Source: Nymphaea colorata (lineage: Eukaryota). From it: 64,000 nt of DNA. The notes beneath the pieces are model-generated. The model saw nothing but the letters and a program-made list of their open reading frames with translations. It was not told the origin of the DNA and did no database searches. Each line of letters opens with the position of its first letter. Positions within the stretch are counted from its first letter, which is position 1. The stretch is taken from the NCBI RefSeq assembly GCF_008831285.2, contig NC_045138.2:35712001-35776000 (forward strand), given 5' to 3'. The position numbers and the translations under genes are program-made. Positions 13,234-26,110 of the stretch are shown here, one piece after another.

Positions 13234-14094
13234 TCTCTCTCTGTCCCGCGGCGAGGTTACCGGGTAGTTTTCTCATGGATTTGCTGAGGTAAAAGTCACA
13301 ATAACCTTGAACAAAGAATTTTATTTAATGGATTTCATATGGAAATAACTATAAAGTTATTGGTCTAAGAAGCAAACTATTTAATGGCTGTTTGAAGCGG
13401 GAAAGCCATGCAAGGAGGCACTGCTTCAGCTTGAGCGTCCTTTTAGCTTCTAGTTTTCTTCTCTTTTCTCTCGACACTCCTGTCACTTTGTAGTTTTTGA
13501 AAATTCTGAACCCAGGCGTAGAGAAGAGGAAACGGTTGGCTGGTATCTGGTGGAACACCATCAGATTTAGGTTTTTCTCACTCTCCCGCCATCTAGCTTA
13601 TGTTATGGTTTCTATCCATGAACAACATCTTTTGATCTTCTCTGTCGCTTTGGGATGGAAGAGAGTTTGGTGATTTATTAGGTTTTCTTTGTTTTCGATG
13701 TCCTGTATGGCCATGTGATTGGGTTTTGCTGATCTAGACTCTAGAAACTAACCCTTGCACAGAAAGTGCTTGCGGAAATTCCTCAAAGAGGCGTTTGATT
13801 TATGTGATTGTTATTGGGATTCACAAGCAATCCGAACAAACTATGTTTTTACTGAACTTTATAGTTTCCTTTTTTTTTTTCTGTTTCTTTGTCCATTTTG
13901 CGTGTTCTGCATAACAATTGGTTTTGATACTTGTGCCCTTGAAGTACGTGATGCTTGTTTCAATGCTTCTACCAACCCTGTTTGATTAAGTTTTGCTTGT
14001 TATGCACCATTAATTTGACTCAGTTACTGTTTCTTTGTTCTTGATTTGGTTCGTGTTTATGCAGGGCAGAGAAAGAAGTGGAAAGAGAGGCAAG

Positions 14095-16161
14095 ATGCGG
14101 TTGAAGAAGCACAAGCGAAACCGGAAGGTGGTGCGATTTTACTCAACTCGCTATGGCTTCAGGGAGCCGTTCAAGGTACTGTGCGATGGCACCTTCCTTC
14201 ATCACCTCGTGCTTAACAAGCTCGGTTCTCCTCAGGAAGTACTGTCATCCCTTCTTTCTGCTCGGACTATTCTCTTTACTACGAGGTAGCTACTGTCTTT
14301 TCCCATTCTTCTATTTTCTTTAATTCTTTTGGGTTTTTACCAATCTATCACTAAACATTTTGTGACTAGTGCATCGTCTTAAAACCGGTATTCTTGTTCT
14401 TGTTCAGGTGTATTATTTCAGAGCTTAAGCGACTTGGAGAATCCTTTTCTGAATCGCTAAAGGGCGCACTTAGCCTCACAATAACGAAGTTTGTCGCTCT
14501 TCATTGTCTTCTCTTTTATCTTGTTTCTTATGTTTTCCCCTTCCCCTTATTGAAGTAAATGATGGTATATGTTTTTAATACAGATGTGAGCATCCGGATA
14601 GAGTATCTGCTTCCAGCTGCATTGAGGCAATTGTAAAGGACAAAAATTCGGACCACTTCTTTGTTGCAAGCCAAGATGCAGATCTCCGCAAGAAGTTTCG
14701 GGAGGTTTTCTCTCTCTTCCTTCCTTTCCTTCTTTATAGAAACTAGTGCTCGTATATTTATTTTGGTTGGCATTTATCTTAAGATGATGATGGTGGTTGT
14801 AGTCTACTTGAGCAAAGGAACTTAATAGATACAGACTGTGAGATGCCTTCCTATGGTAATACATTTAGCAAACAAGTGTAGACCATGGGTCTAACCATAA
14901 TGCATATGCCCAACATCTGTTGTTCTTCCCTCAGTGGTCCTACTAGTAGTGGGTTTCTAACTTTCTCCTTACATTATGTTTCCATGAGGTAAACATTACC
15001 GTCATTGAATTGTGACTGTGCTTCATACGTGAAAATTATCTTCGTTTTTTATCTTCTTTGGAAGTTTATGCTGTATTAGCCTTCACTTAAAAGTGAGTTG
15101 CTTGCTGATTTCCTGTTGCCATGCAGATACCAGGTGTTCCTGCAATATATGCAATTAGAAATTCTATGTTCCTTGATCAACCTTCAGCTTGTCATCTCCA
15201 GTTTGTGAAAACAGCTGAAGAGGAGCGCCTACACATGAAGGAATTGGAAGTAGATATGATAAAGGAAAGGGAAAAGAAGAGACTTGCTGACCAAGCTGCA
15301 GCAGATGGTACTGAAAGTTTAGGAGATGTCACAAAAGGAAGGGGTGTACGCAGCATGCATACAAGTTGGACATTTAATCAAAAAGATAAATCTATGTTCA
15401 AAAGAAAAAGAGCAAAGGTTAGTAGTTTGGTTGCATGTTCTTCTTGCCTGGTTCTGTTTCTGATACATATTTCATTAAAGCAGCAACTTCCTTTCTATCC
15501 TAAATTTTTCTAAATATGTGGACTTCAAATTATTAAGGGCCTTTATTGTAATCAGCAATTCCATCCAAGCATTTCTTCTGTGTATACTCCGTTTGAGGAC
15601 TACAGTATTTAATAGGTTCTGAATGAAACTCAAAGGACAAGTTTTGGTTAGTCATGAAGTTGCTTTTTCTAAAGCACTTATGGTGGAACGGTCCAAGAGA
15701 ATGTTGCAAATGAGCATTCCACAGACTAGGATGTCCTTTATAGACCCATCATATAATTAAAATTACAAAATATCCGTTCATTATTAGGTGGTTGATTTTT
15801 TATGAACCAAAGCAGGTGCTTATTTTTCAATCAGCAAGTCAGGCTTGCTGTTGGTACTTTCTCACATGGGATTGGCCAATTGTGTTTCTTTCAATGAAAG
15901 CAACTTTTTTGGTGTTTATTCTGGTAATTTGACAGTTTATGTACTTGAGTACAGTTTGTTGGTTCCTAACTTCCTATTATGTCTCAGGTTGATGTAGAGT
16001 CGCAAAGATTGCTTTACCAGTTATATCTTAACTGGCATTGAATTTTGCTCTGCAATGTTCCTTTAGAATTTTATGTGTATAATTTATACTTATTCTTGTA
16101 GGGCCCAAACCCATTATCATGCAAAAAGAAGAAGAATTCAAAAGGTCCTGTTGCTGCTTGA
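14095..16161 (+). CDS. UTP23: rRNA-processing protein UTP23 homolog (Fcf1/PIN-like), 247 aa
   Basis: Exons 14095-14285, 14408-14488, 14584-14704, 15127-15417, 16102-16161; all GT-AG and phase-consistent (744 nt). Motifs: MRLKKHKRNRKVVRFY, FREPFKVLCDGTF, CEH...C, FVASQDADLR, IPGVP, FKRKRAKGPNPLSCKKKK. Confidence 0.95.
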
Positions 16162-16598
16162 TCAACTGGTGAGTGAATTCATGTGTAACGGTTCTTCTGA
16201 AGTAGTATTTTTGGATAATTGAATTCTTGAAGGCTTTTTGAAGTCAGTAGAAATGATCACTTTTCGTGTATGATTCATAATTCATGTCTCTTGGTGTATA
16301 TTTTTTAAGTTATATACAAGTCTGACCCAAGTGCTCAAAACTGGAAATAAGCAATATCAAAATTCATATTTAGGTCCTGTTGCTGCTTGATCAACTGGAG
16401 TGAATTCATGTGTAACGGTTCTTCTGAAGTAGTATTTTTGGATAATTGAATTCTTGAAGGCTTTTTGAAGTCGGTAGAAATGATCACTTTTCGTGTATGA
16501 TTCATAATTCATGTCTCTTGGTGTATATTTTTTAAGTTATATACAAGTTTGACCCAAGTGCTCAAAACTGGAAATAAGCAATATCAAAATTCATATTT
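16143..16598 (+). repeat. 229-bp near-perfect tandem duplication covering the UTP23 stop codon
   Basis: 16143-16371 vs 16372-16598; the second copy has a 2-nt deletion at the GTGAGT donor. Confidence 0.95.
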
Positions 16599-19281
16599 AT
16601 TGGTGTAGGTTTGTGAAGCAATACCAAATTTCATATTTGTTGGTATGGATTTTGTGAAGCTATAACTGTACAAGTTTGATCCAACTTCCAAGTGCTCAAA
16701 ACTGGAAATGAGCAATGCATCTTGCCTTTCTGATTCATGTACTGGAATAAGTAAGCCACTGTTTTAGACCTTTGATTGTTAGATCCATATAAATCTCAGT
16801 CCATGTCTGAAAAGCATGATACCTGTACAGATGTTCTTGAGAATGGAGACAACTCCTGTATGGTCAGTTTGTTGAGCAACCACTCATATGTAAGAGTTTC
16901 AGCTAATTCTTGGAGCCTGCAGGAATATCTGATTTATTTATATATAAAGCATCCATAGTAGCTTAATTAGCCAAGGCCCTTATGTTAAGGAGCCAATCCA
17001 AAATTCTTCTTAACTTTGAACTTGAAAGGAAAAGCCAAAAAGTGCCCTAGTCGCACACACAGGCATGCTGTCTGTCTCACAAGAACTCCTTATATACAGA
17101 CTCAAAAACTTGCTTCTAGAAACTGATTTTAAAATCTCACCAATAAAATCTTCTTGAATGTCCTTTTTCTGACACCTCATTTGGCTAACAAACTTATCGT
17201 ATATAGTCAAGTTCAGAATTTAACTACATGAAAATAACTTTAGGTTAATTATTTATGTGAAACATGTACAGATACTGTACATTATCTGCATGTGTTTTGG
17301 ATATATAGAACATAGATTTAATGCTCCATCTGTTGTTGGTTTGATGCAAGTGTGCAACCACGTTATTGTTCAGGTGAATGAAGTTTGATAAACAAGTGGA
17401 GGTGCTTTGCGAAGTTATGAGCAGCTAAGTGTTAGAACGCCAGCCCTTATCTTTGTTTTGGCCTTGAAGATGTGACGAACTAAGTTTGCTACAAGTGAAA
17501 TACATTGACTACCTTTCTTTTAAGCCTCACATTCCTGGAATTGTTCCCAGAGGAGCTTTTTTAGTTGCGTCACCATTTTGACATGTAAAAAGCCTGGTTT
17601 TATCTCTTAAATCTTGATGACTGCATTGAGTTCCAGTAAGTCCTTTTAAATTGGTCGGACTGGTCGAATAAATAAAGCTACAGTAGCCGTCTTAGTTTTT
17701 TATTTGATTATTTTTTTTTTCTTGGGGACAAGGTGATGTTGAATTAGGTATTCGATAGCTATCCAGTTTGTCAGAGGATAAATAATCTGTTATTCCTAAT
17801 ACTAATAGCAACCAAAAATTTGCAAGCTGCAATATCCCTGATAGTGTTTCAGTAATTTAGTTTAATTAACGTGCTAACTGAAAGGAAATTATGTTGTCAA
17901 TGTTCCTGAGTAAAGATATCAGTGGCTGTATCTTTCCACCACCTCTGACCAAAACGTAACTTGGATGCCGGGAGTCTGCTTTGAAACTGTCTATAAGACA
18001 AACGGCCTACCTGTATCGGGCTATATTATGTAACTTGTGCATGTGATCTTGGTTTTTATGATCCTTTCACATTCATGTATCTACAGGTGCATTGGTTGCC
18101 GTAAGTGAGAAATGGACAAAAGCCAATATTACGGAAGCAGCCATCAGTAATCGGCATCGTACTTTGGCGTCAACAGTATTAGCCAACAGAGTAGGATTTC
18201 ACTGTCACATTTATTAAAACAATTACATGGAAAACGATGTTATTAATTAGTTTTTTTGACTCCTGGGGGAGAAAATAACCATGTACCTTCAAACTTGGGC
18301 AATTTATCTGCGGGATCTCAACCTACCAGTTTTGTTTTAACGGCTAAGTTATGCATGTTTATTATAAACGCCTGTCTTTACAAAAAAATTGCTTATATAG
18401 ACGCCTACGTTGCCTTTATGCATGTTTCAAATTCTATCGGACATCCATGTCGAGACCTCAATCACAAGCATCAGAAACATCACATTCTGCGATCCAAAGA
18501 AGGTCTTTTGAGGTCACAAAAGTCTTCAATATTTTTTTTCAGAAAAAAAAAACTCAAGTGAAATGATGACTATGAATTCGTGATACTTGAATACGAGATA
18601 GATGAGGCCAAATAGAATAGGAAAGGAGAGAGTGAAGGCGTAGCGGGAAGTATCGCCCAGCCCTGCAAAGAAAGATGGAGAAAAAGGAACGTTTAGATTG
18701 GATTTTTAATCATTATCTCGAGATGTTCTTGAGGTCCAGATAACTTCTGATTATACTTATGCTAATTTAATCCACACTGCCACTAAACATTTGAGCCTGA
18801 TTCCTTCAGATCCCCACTTGCTTTATCTCGCCAGTCAGACCAGGAAAACTGGCAAAGAAAACTAGTATTAATAAATATTCCTAGTAACTCTTATTCAATT
18901 GGCGGTAGCCTCGCACGTTTTCCAAGACCACCAAAGGATCGGCTTCTTAGTCGAACCAGGAAACCCGCCACACGAAACTAGTATAATGAACCTTCCTTCT
19001 TATACAATTGGCTGTAACTAATCTCGTTTCCAATGCCACAACCCACGTCTATCTGTCAATAATTGGAAATGAACATCCTTGAAATTCCAAAAATTAGAAC
19101 GAGAGAAAACGAGTAACATCTTGCAGAAAAACAGAAAGCACAATGAACAGAAAAGTTTGTTCATATTGTTGTATTGGAATGTAAGCTAGAACTGAAAGCC
19201 CCACGTCGAATTATTCACGTTAATATGATGAACCGCATTCTAAACCCCCATAAATCATACGACACAAATAACAGACAAAGG

Positions 19282-20016
19282 TTAGAGCTTTGCTCCTTTG
19301 GGCAACAGGTAGGGGTCCCTATGTGCCTCTAACTCTTCGATCACGCCGGGAAAGGCTGCTGCCTTCACATTAGCATAGATATCCCGCTTCCAGTTCCTGC
19401 TTGCCAACTTTTCGGCTTCGTCAATGGCAGCATCGATCGTCTTTTCCGAGCTGTCGAAGATGCGGTCGACCAAGCCGAGCTTGAGACCTTCCGGAGAGCG
19501 AAACTTCCTGGCCTTCAGCATAGTCTCCACTAACGGGCCAGGGAGAAGCTTGCTCTTGATCACGGTCATCAGGCTTCTCGGCATGAACATCCCGTGATCA
19601 AGCTCGCTCATGTAGAGCACCTCCTTGCCGGATTTCATGAACCTGTAGTCGTGGGCCAGGGCGAGCATGAATCCGCCGCCGGCAGCGTGACCGCATATGG
19701 CGGCGACGGTGGGGATGCCAAGCTTCATCACTGAGGCCAGAAGACCCTCGAACTTGAGCTGGATGATACGAAGGCTGCCAGAGGCGAGGTTCTGAAAGAT
19801 CCATGGGAGGTCGAGGCCGTTGGAGAAGAAGCGCCCCTCGTTGGTGGTGACCAGGCATCCGGCGTCCTCCGAGAGCCGGACGGCGTCTAGGGAGGCGGCG
19901 ATGTCACCGATCGTGGAGGGATTGAAACGATGGTCGCTGGGGCCGGTGAGGGTGAGGACGTAGACCCGGCCCTTCCTTTCAAGCTTACAGGCCGCCCAAC
20001 TCTGGACCTGGTCCAT
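19282..20016 (-). CDS. ECI: Peroxisomal Delta3,Delta2-enoyl-CoA isomerase (crotonase fold, ECI/IBR10-like), 244 aa, intronless
   Basis: Motifs: VYVLTLTGPSDHRFNP, GRFFSNGLDL, PTVAAICGHAAGGGFMLALAHDYRFM, LYMSELD. C-terminal PTS1 tripeptide AKL. Confidence 0.93.
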   Translation of the reverse strand: MDQVQSWAACKLERKGRVYVLTLTGPSDHRFNPSTIGDIAASLDAVRLSEDAGCLVTTNEGRFFSNGLDLPWIFQNLASGSLRIIQLKFEGLLASVMKLGIPTVAAICGHAAGGGFMLALAHDYRFMKSGKEVLYMSELDHGMFMPRSLMTVIKSKLLPGPLVETMLKARKFRSPEGLKLGLVDRIFDSSEKTIDAAIDEAEKLASRNWKRDIYANVKAAAFPGVIEELEAHRDPYLLPKGAKL

Positions 20017-22634
20017 TCTTCCGCTTCCGGTTGGCTTTCGCCAGTGTGGTCAGGAAATGGATAGCGAGTCGGCCCCAAGATAGGATGGGAGTGGAATTTG
20101 CCGAAATTGGAAAAGAGCTTAAAAGGAAGAGGTAATCTGTTCTATATACCTGTATAATAAAACTTATGTGGACATTGTATTTTTTTTTGTAGGTATAACT
20201 TTGTTATTGTTATAAATTTTATTTCGACAATTATATTGCACGGTTGGATGTGATGATTTTAACTGTATTTTTTTTTAACATAAATCTGTTGTCGGTATCC
20301 TGTGCATCTTGTTGTTTTCTGGATGGTAGAAAAATACTCTCTCAACATTTTGTTCTTGTTGTTTTTTAGATTGTAGAAAAGACACTCTAAACATTTTGTT
20401 TTTTCGAAAAATCATATGCCAATTTCTTTCCACCTTAGATTTGGAGAGAAGAAGACACAAAAAAAAACAACATTTACCACGTTAAATTATTCTTGTGCAT
20501 CAAACATGGTTAAATTTATTATGTTTAATTCTTCATGTGCATCAAACATGATTAAATTTATCAATAAATTTTTCATGTGCATTAAATAAGACCTTAGATT
20601 GGAAGAGGGAGAAATTTCATCTTGTAAATTTTTTCAGAAAAATTTAGCATGGTAAATTTATCGTGTTAAATTTCACTCGCCCATCAAACGAGCCCTCAAT
20701 TATCGAAATCTACGTATACAAAAAAATTTCTTTTTCCTATTCAAAAAAATAATTTTCATCATAATTATATTGACCTACGAAAATTTCATGCTGGCATATA
20801 TAATCCGCTTCACTTCACGTAAGATTCTATTGCATAACACGACAATTTAAAATTTGGTGATTGAGAAGTGTGTTTGTTTTGCTTAAACACAGGTTTTGTT
20901 TTCCTAAAACTCGATTAGTGGTAGGGAAGCCGAATTCACCCCTAGTTAGAGAATTTTAATCTATCTGGTACACCTGATTAATCGATTCCGAATCCATTTA
21001 GCTGGATTAGTGAGAAAAAGTTTGTTTCAACTGTTAATTGGATTTGAATTTGCTAAAAAATGAATTCAAGTCAATATACAATTAAAATCCCATAAAAAGT
21101 CTTATTTGACTACGTTTAAATGTCACATTTTATGGTAACCGACTTTTTTAAAATCGGGAACAAGTTGTTACCTTACTTTGTTTTTATGCTTCTTTCCCTT
21201 CGATTGGTTGGCTTTGAACTCGATATGTGAATCTGTCGACGAAGGGTTGATCTGACCCTTTTGTTATAAAAAATAACCCGAATTAAAGGGTGGTTCTTGT
21301 AAATCGTTAAGATCTAATCAAACTTTACAAAGAACATTGAAACCTGAATGATGTTTATTATCTATACATAACACTTCCATGTTTTCTCTCTCACTAAATA
21401 AATATACTTAGTCTTGGGCATACATAAACGTAGCCTTTAAGTGTCTCAAGGATATTGGAACGTGTGGCGAGCTGAGTTTTTTTTTTTTTTTTTTTCTGTC
21501 GGTGATGTGCAATTCGAGCTCCATGAGCATCAACTATCTATACAAGCTAAGACGTATGTAGACTTGATGCTAGAGTACTAGTTGTTAAGTTTTATCATTT
21601 TGAGAAAGTGGGGTATATGCCCTTTTTTAGGCCTTAGGAACGAGTTCCGTTTTGAATATGAATGCCGTAATTAAAAGATATTGGACTTATAATGATGATA
21701 AGAAAACCAACCAAACAAATGAAATATGAATTGGGTAGTATCTTATCTACCGAAAACGAAGAAGGTCCTTTCATGTTGAATCATTTTCACAAAATTGGAT
21801 CCCTTACATATCTGGTTCATGTCGTGTATGATGATATTTTGACACCCTATTTTTAACAAGTTAGAAGCTTTTTTCATATATAAGTATATTAATGTTCATA
21901 TTCAATAATACTTAAAGGTACATTTTCTTGTATACTATACCTTTTTCTAATTTAAATTGGGGTTTTAAACAGGTATCGGATCCATACCCATATCTGTTTC
22001 CACTTGATTGCAAGCTCTCACCGTTGAAGCCGAACTCGAATTCAGGTATATGGAATGGGTATACAGCACATTTCATGCGGACCCATTGCCGCTCTTACAG
22101 GTTCAGCCGTTTGGGTCGCCGCTGGCGTCAAGATTAGTCTCTCTCTCTCTTTCGTCCGCACGACGGAACGGGTCTTCCTTTCTCTCTCTTAATTCCTCTT
22201 TCTCTCCCTCTCTTTTCTTCTACTATCACCTGTCATCTGTTTGGTTGGAATCTCCAATCTCATATGCTATGTTATCATAATTGCTCCTGATCGTCAAGGA
22301 GAAGACGAGCCGAGTCTTGTTTCGCACCTTCTATTAACGGAAGGTGTGGGGGGAAGCGGACCGAGAAGAAACCCCAAACTCCTCTTCCCCCCCCCATTTC
22401 CGTCCGGCGATACCCTGCTGAGCGGTCCTCTTTCCCGAAGGTATGGCATCTCCTCCTTCTCTCTGATTTCTTCGTCTTCTGGTGCTCTCTCCAAGGGTTA
22501 AGGTTTCCGGGTAGTGTTTTCTCTGTTTAAGGGGCAACTCTTTATCCGTATGTGGGCCAACAATCGGACAAGGTTTGGCGCTGTCGTGACCAGCGTCTTC
22601 TAGCCATTCGTAACCCATCATGGTGATTGGTGTC

Positions 22635-22637
<3 letters not shown>

Positions 22638-22667
<30 letters not shown>
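22638..22667. repeat. (AG)n microsatellite
   Basis: Seen directly. Confidence 0.95.
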
Positions 22668-22670
<3 letters not shown>

Positions 22671-23150
22671 CCTCCACTTTGCTTCAGGTCAGTCCGTTGA
22701 TAACCACCTCCATTTCCTTCAGGTTAATCCGTTGAACACGTAGCGTATTCAAATGCAATTATGCAGTAGTATATAAAGTTGCGAATCTTTGGTCGGATCT
22801 TTGATTATATGCAGAACTGCAAGTTAGAGATTCGAATGGTCATCTGGTCTATCTTGACACTGGTCCTCTGTTGCCTTTCCTTTTCGTTGACAACTATAAG
22901 ATGTCGCTGTTTTGTTGTTGGTGCCGGACAAATATTTGAATGGGAGTAGGGTCAATGCAATGAAAACATTATGCATATGTACCGTCCGTGCAAATAAGCT
23001 TCACTGGCTTTCTTTGGCTTTTCCTTTGTGTGGGCGCTTGGGATTTCTTTAGAATTCGTGATAATTTGTCTTGCTCTTGCGTGCCCGTTAGTCTTGACTA
23101 GTTCTGCCATTTGATGCAGCACCTGTTCGTATACATGAACGGATGACAAG

Positions 23151-26069
23151 ATGAACAACGTCTTCAGTAGCCAAATATTAGCTGAGAAGCTTTCCAAACT
23201 CAACAACTCTCAGCAAAGCATTGAAAGTATCCTGATCTTAAAAGGCTGAAATATCTGTTATCTAGCATGCTATTATAGCAAGAAATATGCCGTAAGTCGT
23301 AAAATGCTACTCCGAGAGGACTTCTTCTGACCGGTTTCAAGTCATGCACCATTTGCGTGCATAAACTTCTAAAATATTGAGTGGTGTGGATTTACTCCTT
23401 TTTGTTAATTTTCTTCTGGTGGCACTGCTAGGTGTATGGTTCTTGTATTTGTATTTGTTTCGGTTTCTGTTGTTACTGTTCATTCTGTACGCACTTCAAA
23501 GGTTAAGGTTGGAGCAGTTGCTTTCAGTTGTGGACTTGGTTCTCTTTCTTCGATGAGTTTGTAACAGTTACTGTTTCCTGCATAGCATGGAGAAGAGGAA
23601 TCTGGATGTCTTTTCACGGTGCATTTCCAATTGCAGAGTCTGGTGTGCTGTTGCAGTTTCAAATTTCAATTGTCTTTTGTCATGTTTAATTCAAAGAATT
23701 ATAGGGCATGAAGGTTGTTTTAAAGCATTTTCTAAGCTTTGAATTAGTTTTTCAGTTGCATTGAACAAAATCAGACGAAGAAAATGTGGATGAACTTCTT
23801 TTGGTCAAGAGACAATGATGGCTGAACCGAGATTCTATGATGCTACTAGGTTCCTACTTCATTTATTAAGAGTGGTCTTCATGTCTGTCTATGAGAGGCA
23901 ACAACCTATATTTGTCGTGGAAGTGGTGATTCTCTGTCCACATACAGTATCATCCATTAAAGAATTATGGAGGGACAACAATCCATATCCATTAGAAGAT
24001 TGCAAAAGTACAACTAAATTTGGTGGGTGGTCATGAAAACACATACTTTTTTGATTTATTTGTAAATGTAGTGTGCCTCTTGATGAGAGCAAGTGAATGC
24101 CATCTGTTGGATAAAAAATTGTAGATGGTTGAAGAACTTGAAGTGTGGTAGTTCTCCAGAGGTTGTTTTCATTAAACATATCATGAAGTTATAATTATGA
24201 ATTTTATCGAAAATGCAGGCTAATCTTGTATATAGAGCTGTTGAATTTGTGCACTAATCTTTTGCTTTTGTTTCATGTGTCGTTATCAATAGCCAGGTTA
24301 CTTGAGTTCTCTTTGTGCTCTTAACTTCAATTAGCATTATCACATTGGTGCATTTTTCACCGGAAAAAAGCAAAACAGGTGGTTGAAACATGGGAAAAAT
24401 TGTTTAGCAGCTCACAGAAAGACCAATGCATCTCTTTTCTATACCTGGCTAATGACATCCTGCAGAACAGTAGAAGGAAAGGGAGTGAATTTGTGAATGA
24501 GTTTTGGAAGGTTCTGCCTGGTGCACTCAACAAGGTAGTGAAAAATGATGATGAACATGGGAAGCGCGTTGTCCTAAGATTGGTATGTTGTCTTTTACCA
24601 TCTCATGCTGAGATTGTATGTATGTGTATCATAGGCTGAAAAAGTGCATTTCTTTTAATGCATCAAAACAAAGAAAATAAGTCAACTGAATAAAACGGAA
24701 AAAATGCCATTTTTTTATTGGAAATGCCAAATTGCTTATTTCCATTTTCTAGTTTTTATTTGTTTCTTATCTACTTATTTTTTGATGTTGTCTTATTATT
24801 TGAGAAACGGTTCATGAGGGTTTTAGCAGTGTGTTTAAATATTTAACCATCCGATAACATCCGGCTGCTGTTTTTTTTTAATTTTCCTATATATATATAT
24901 TATATAAAGTAAAATAAATGAACAAGATGAAAAGCACCATTGCAAGGCAAATCTCCGTCCAATTGAGTCAACTGCTTCAGCTCTACAATAACCATTCAAA
25001 AGCTTTTAGGCAGGGCTCTTGGTTCTGGCTCTTTTCAACTTGATAATCTTTTACAAAACCTGCAGGGCACATTTCTGTGCTCATTCTTTAATACAGAAAA
25101 TTTGTCTGAGAATACGAGCTACTGGATTTTTATTCAAAAATCCCTTGCATTTCTGAGGGTGAAAATTTTGGATTAACCAAGTCTAGTGAGATCTCACCTT
25201 GGACATCCTATGATGATATGTTTGGCACAGGCAATCGGGCCAGGCAAGTGAGCCTTTGGACATGATTTGTGGACTCATGGATGTTCAACATCACTTATTG
25301 AAATTCTCATGCTTACCTTCTTATGGAGGTTAAGAACAGATTTTAGGCAATATTAAAGAGGAGATGCCAGATCTTTTAATGGCTAAAACTGTTGAATAAG
25401 ATATTTGAACATGTACTTTTTAATCCAACAGCTGCTTCTATTTAGTTGTTCTAGTTTGCTGTTTGTGCTTAGGCAGTTCCATGTTCTTGGATTGATTTTT
25501 TTTCCCTTTGTTCAACTTCTAAGCTGTGAAAGTGTCCTTCAACCATACAAATCAAGTCTAAAATGAACTGATAAAGCCCTTCACAGTTCACGGAACAGCT
25601 CACAATGATGAAAAATCAAGAGAGATCACTCACAAGCTGAAAAGGGCACTAAGGCACATAAAAACTTAATATTATCAAGAACAAATTAATGCAAATCCAC
25701 CAAGGGACAACTTACAAGAGGGGAGAAATCCCCTATATGTACAGTAAGGCAGAGAGAGAGAGTTCTAGCTGTTTGGACAGTTCCAACAGCTCCAGATACA
25801 GCCGTTGGAACTGTCCAACAGCTAGAAGAGTCTGGTGAAAGATCAGATTTGACCGGACTACAGACCCTTTCAAAGATAAATAATAAAATTCAGGAAAAAA
25901 ATACAAAATAGAAGTAAACAGAAATACAATAATGTAGATGTAGGATATGAATATGATCTTAACAATATGTTGATGCAAAATATATCTTAAGTTGATTAAA
26001 GGGTCTGGTTTTTGTCCCTGACCTAAGCTTCTGCTTTGTACCAATTTCTCTCTCTCTCTCTTTCTCTCC

Positions 26070-26110
<41 letters not shown>

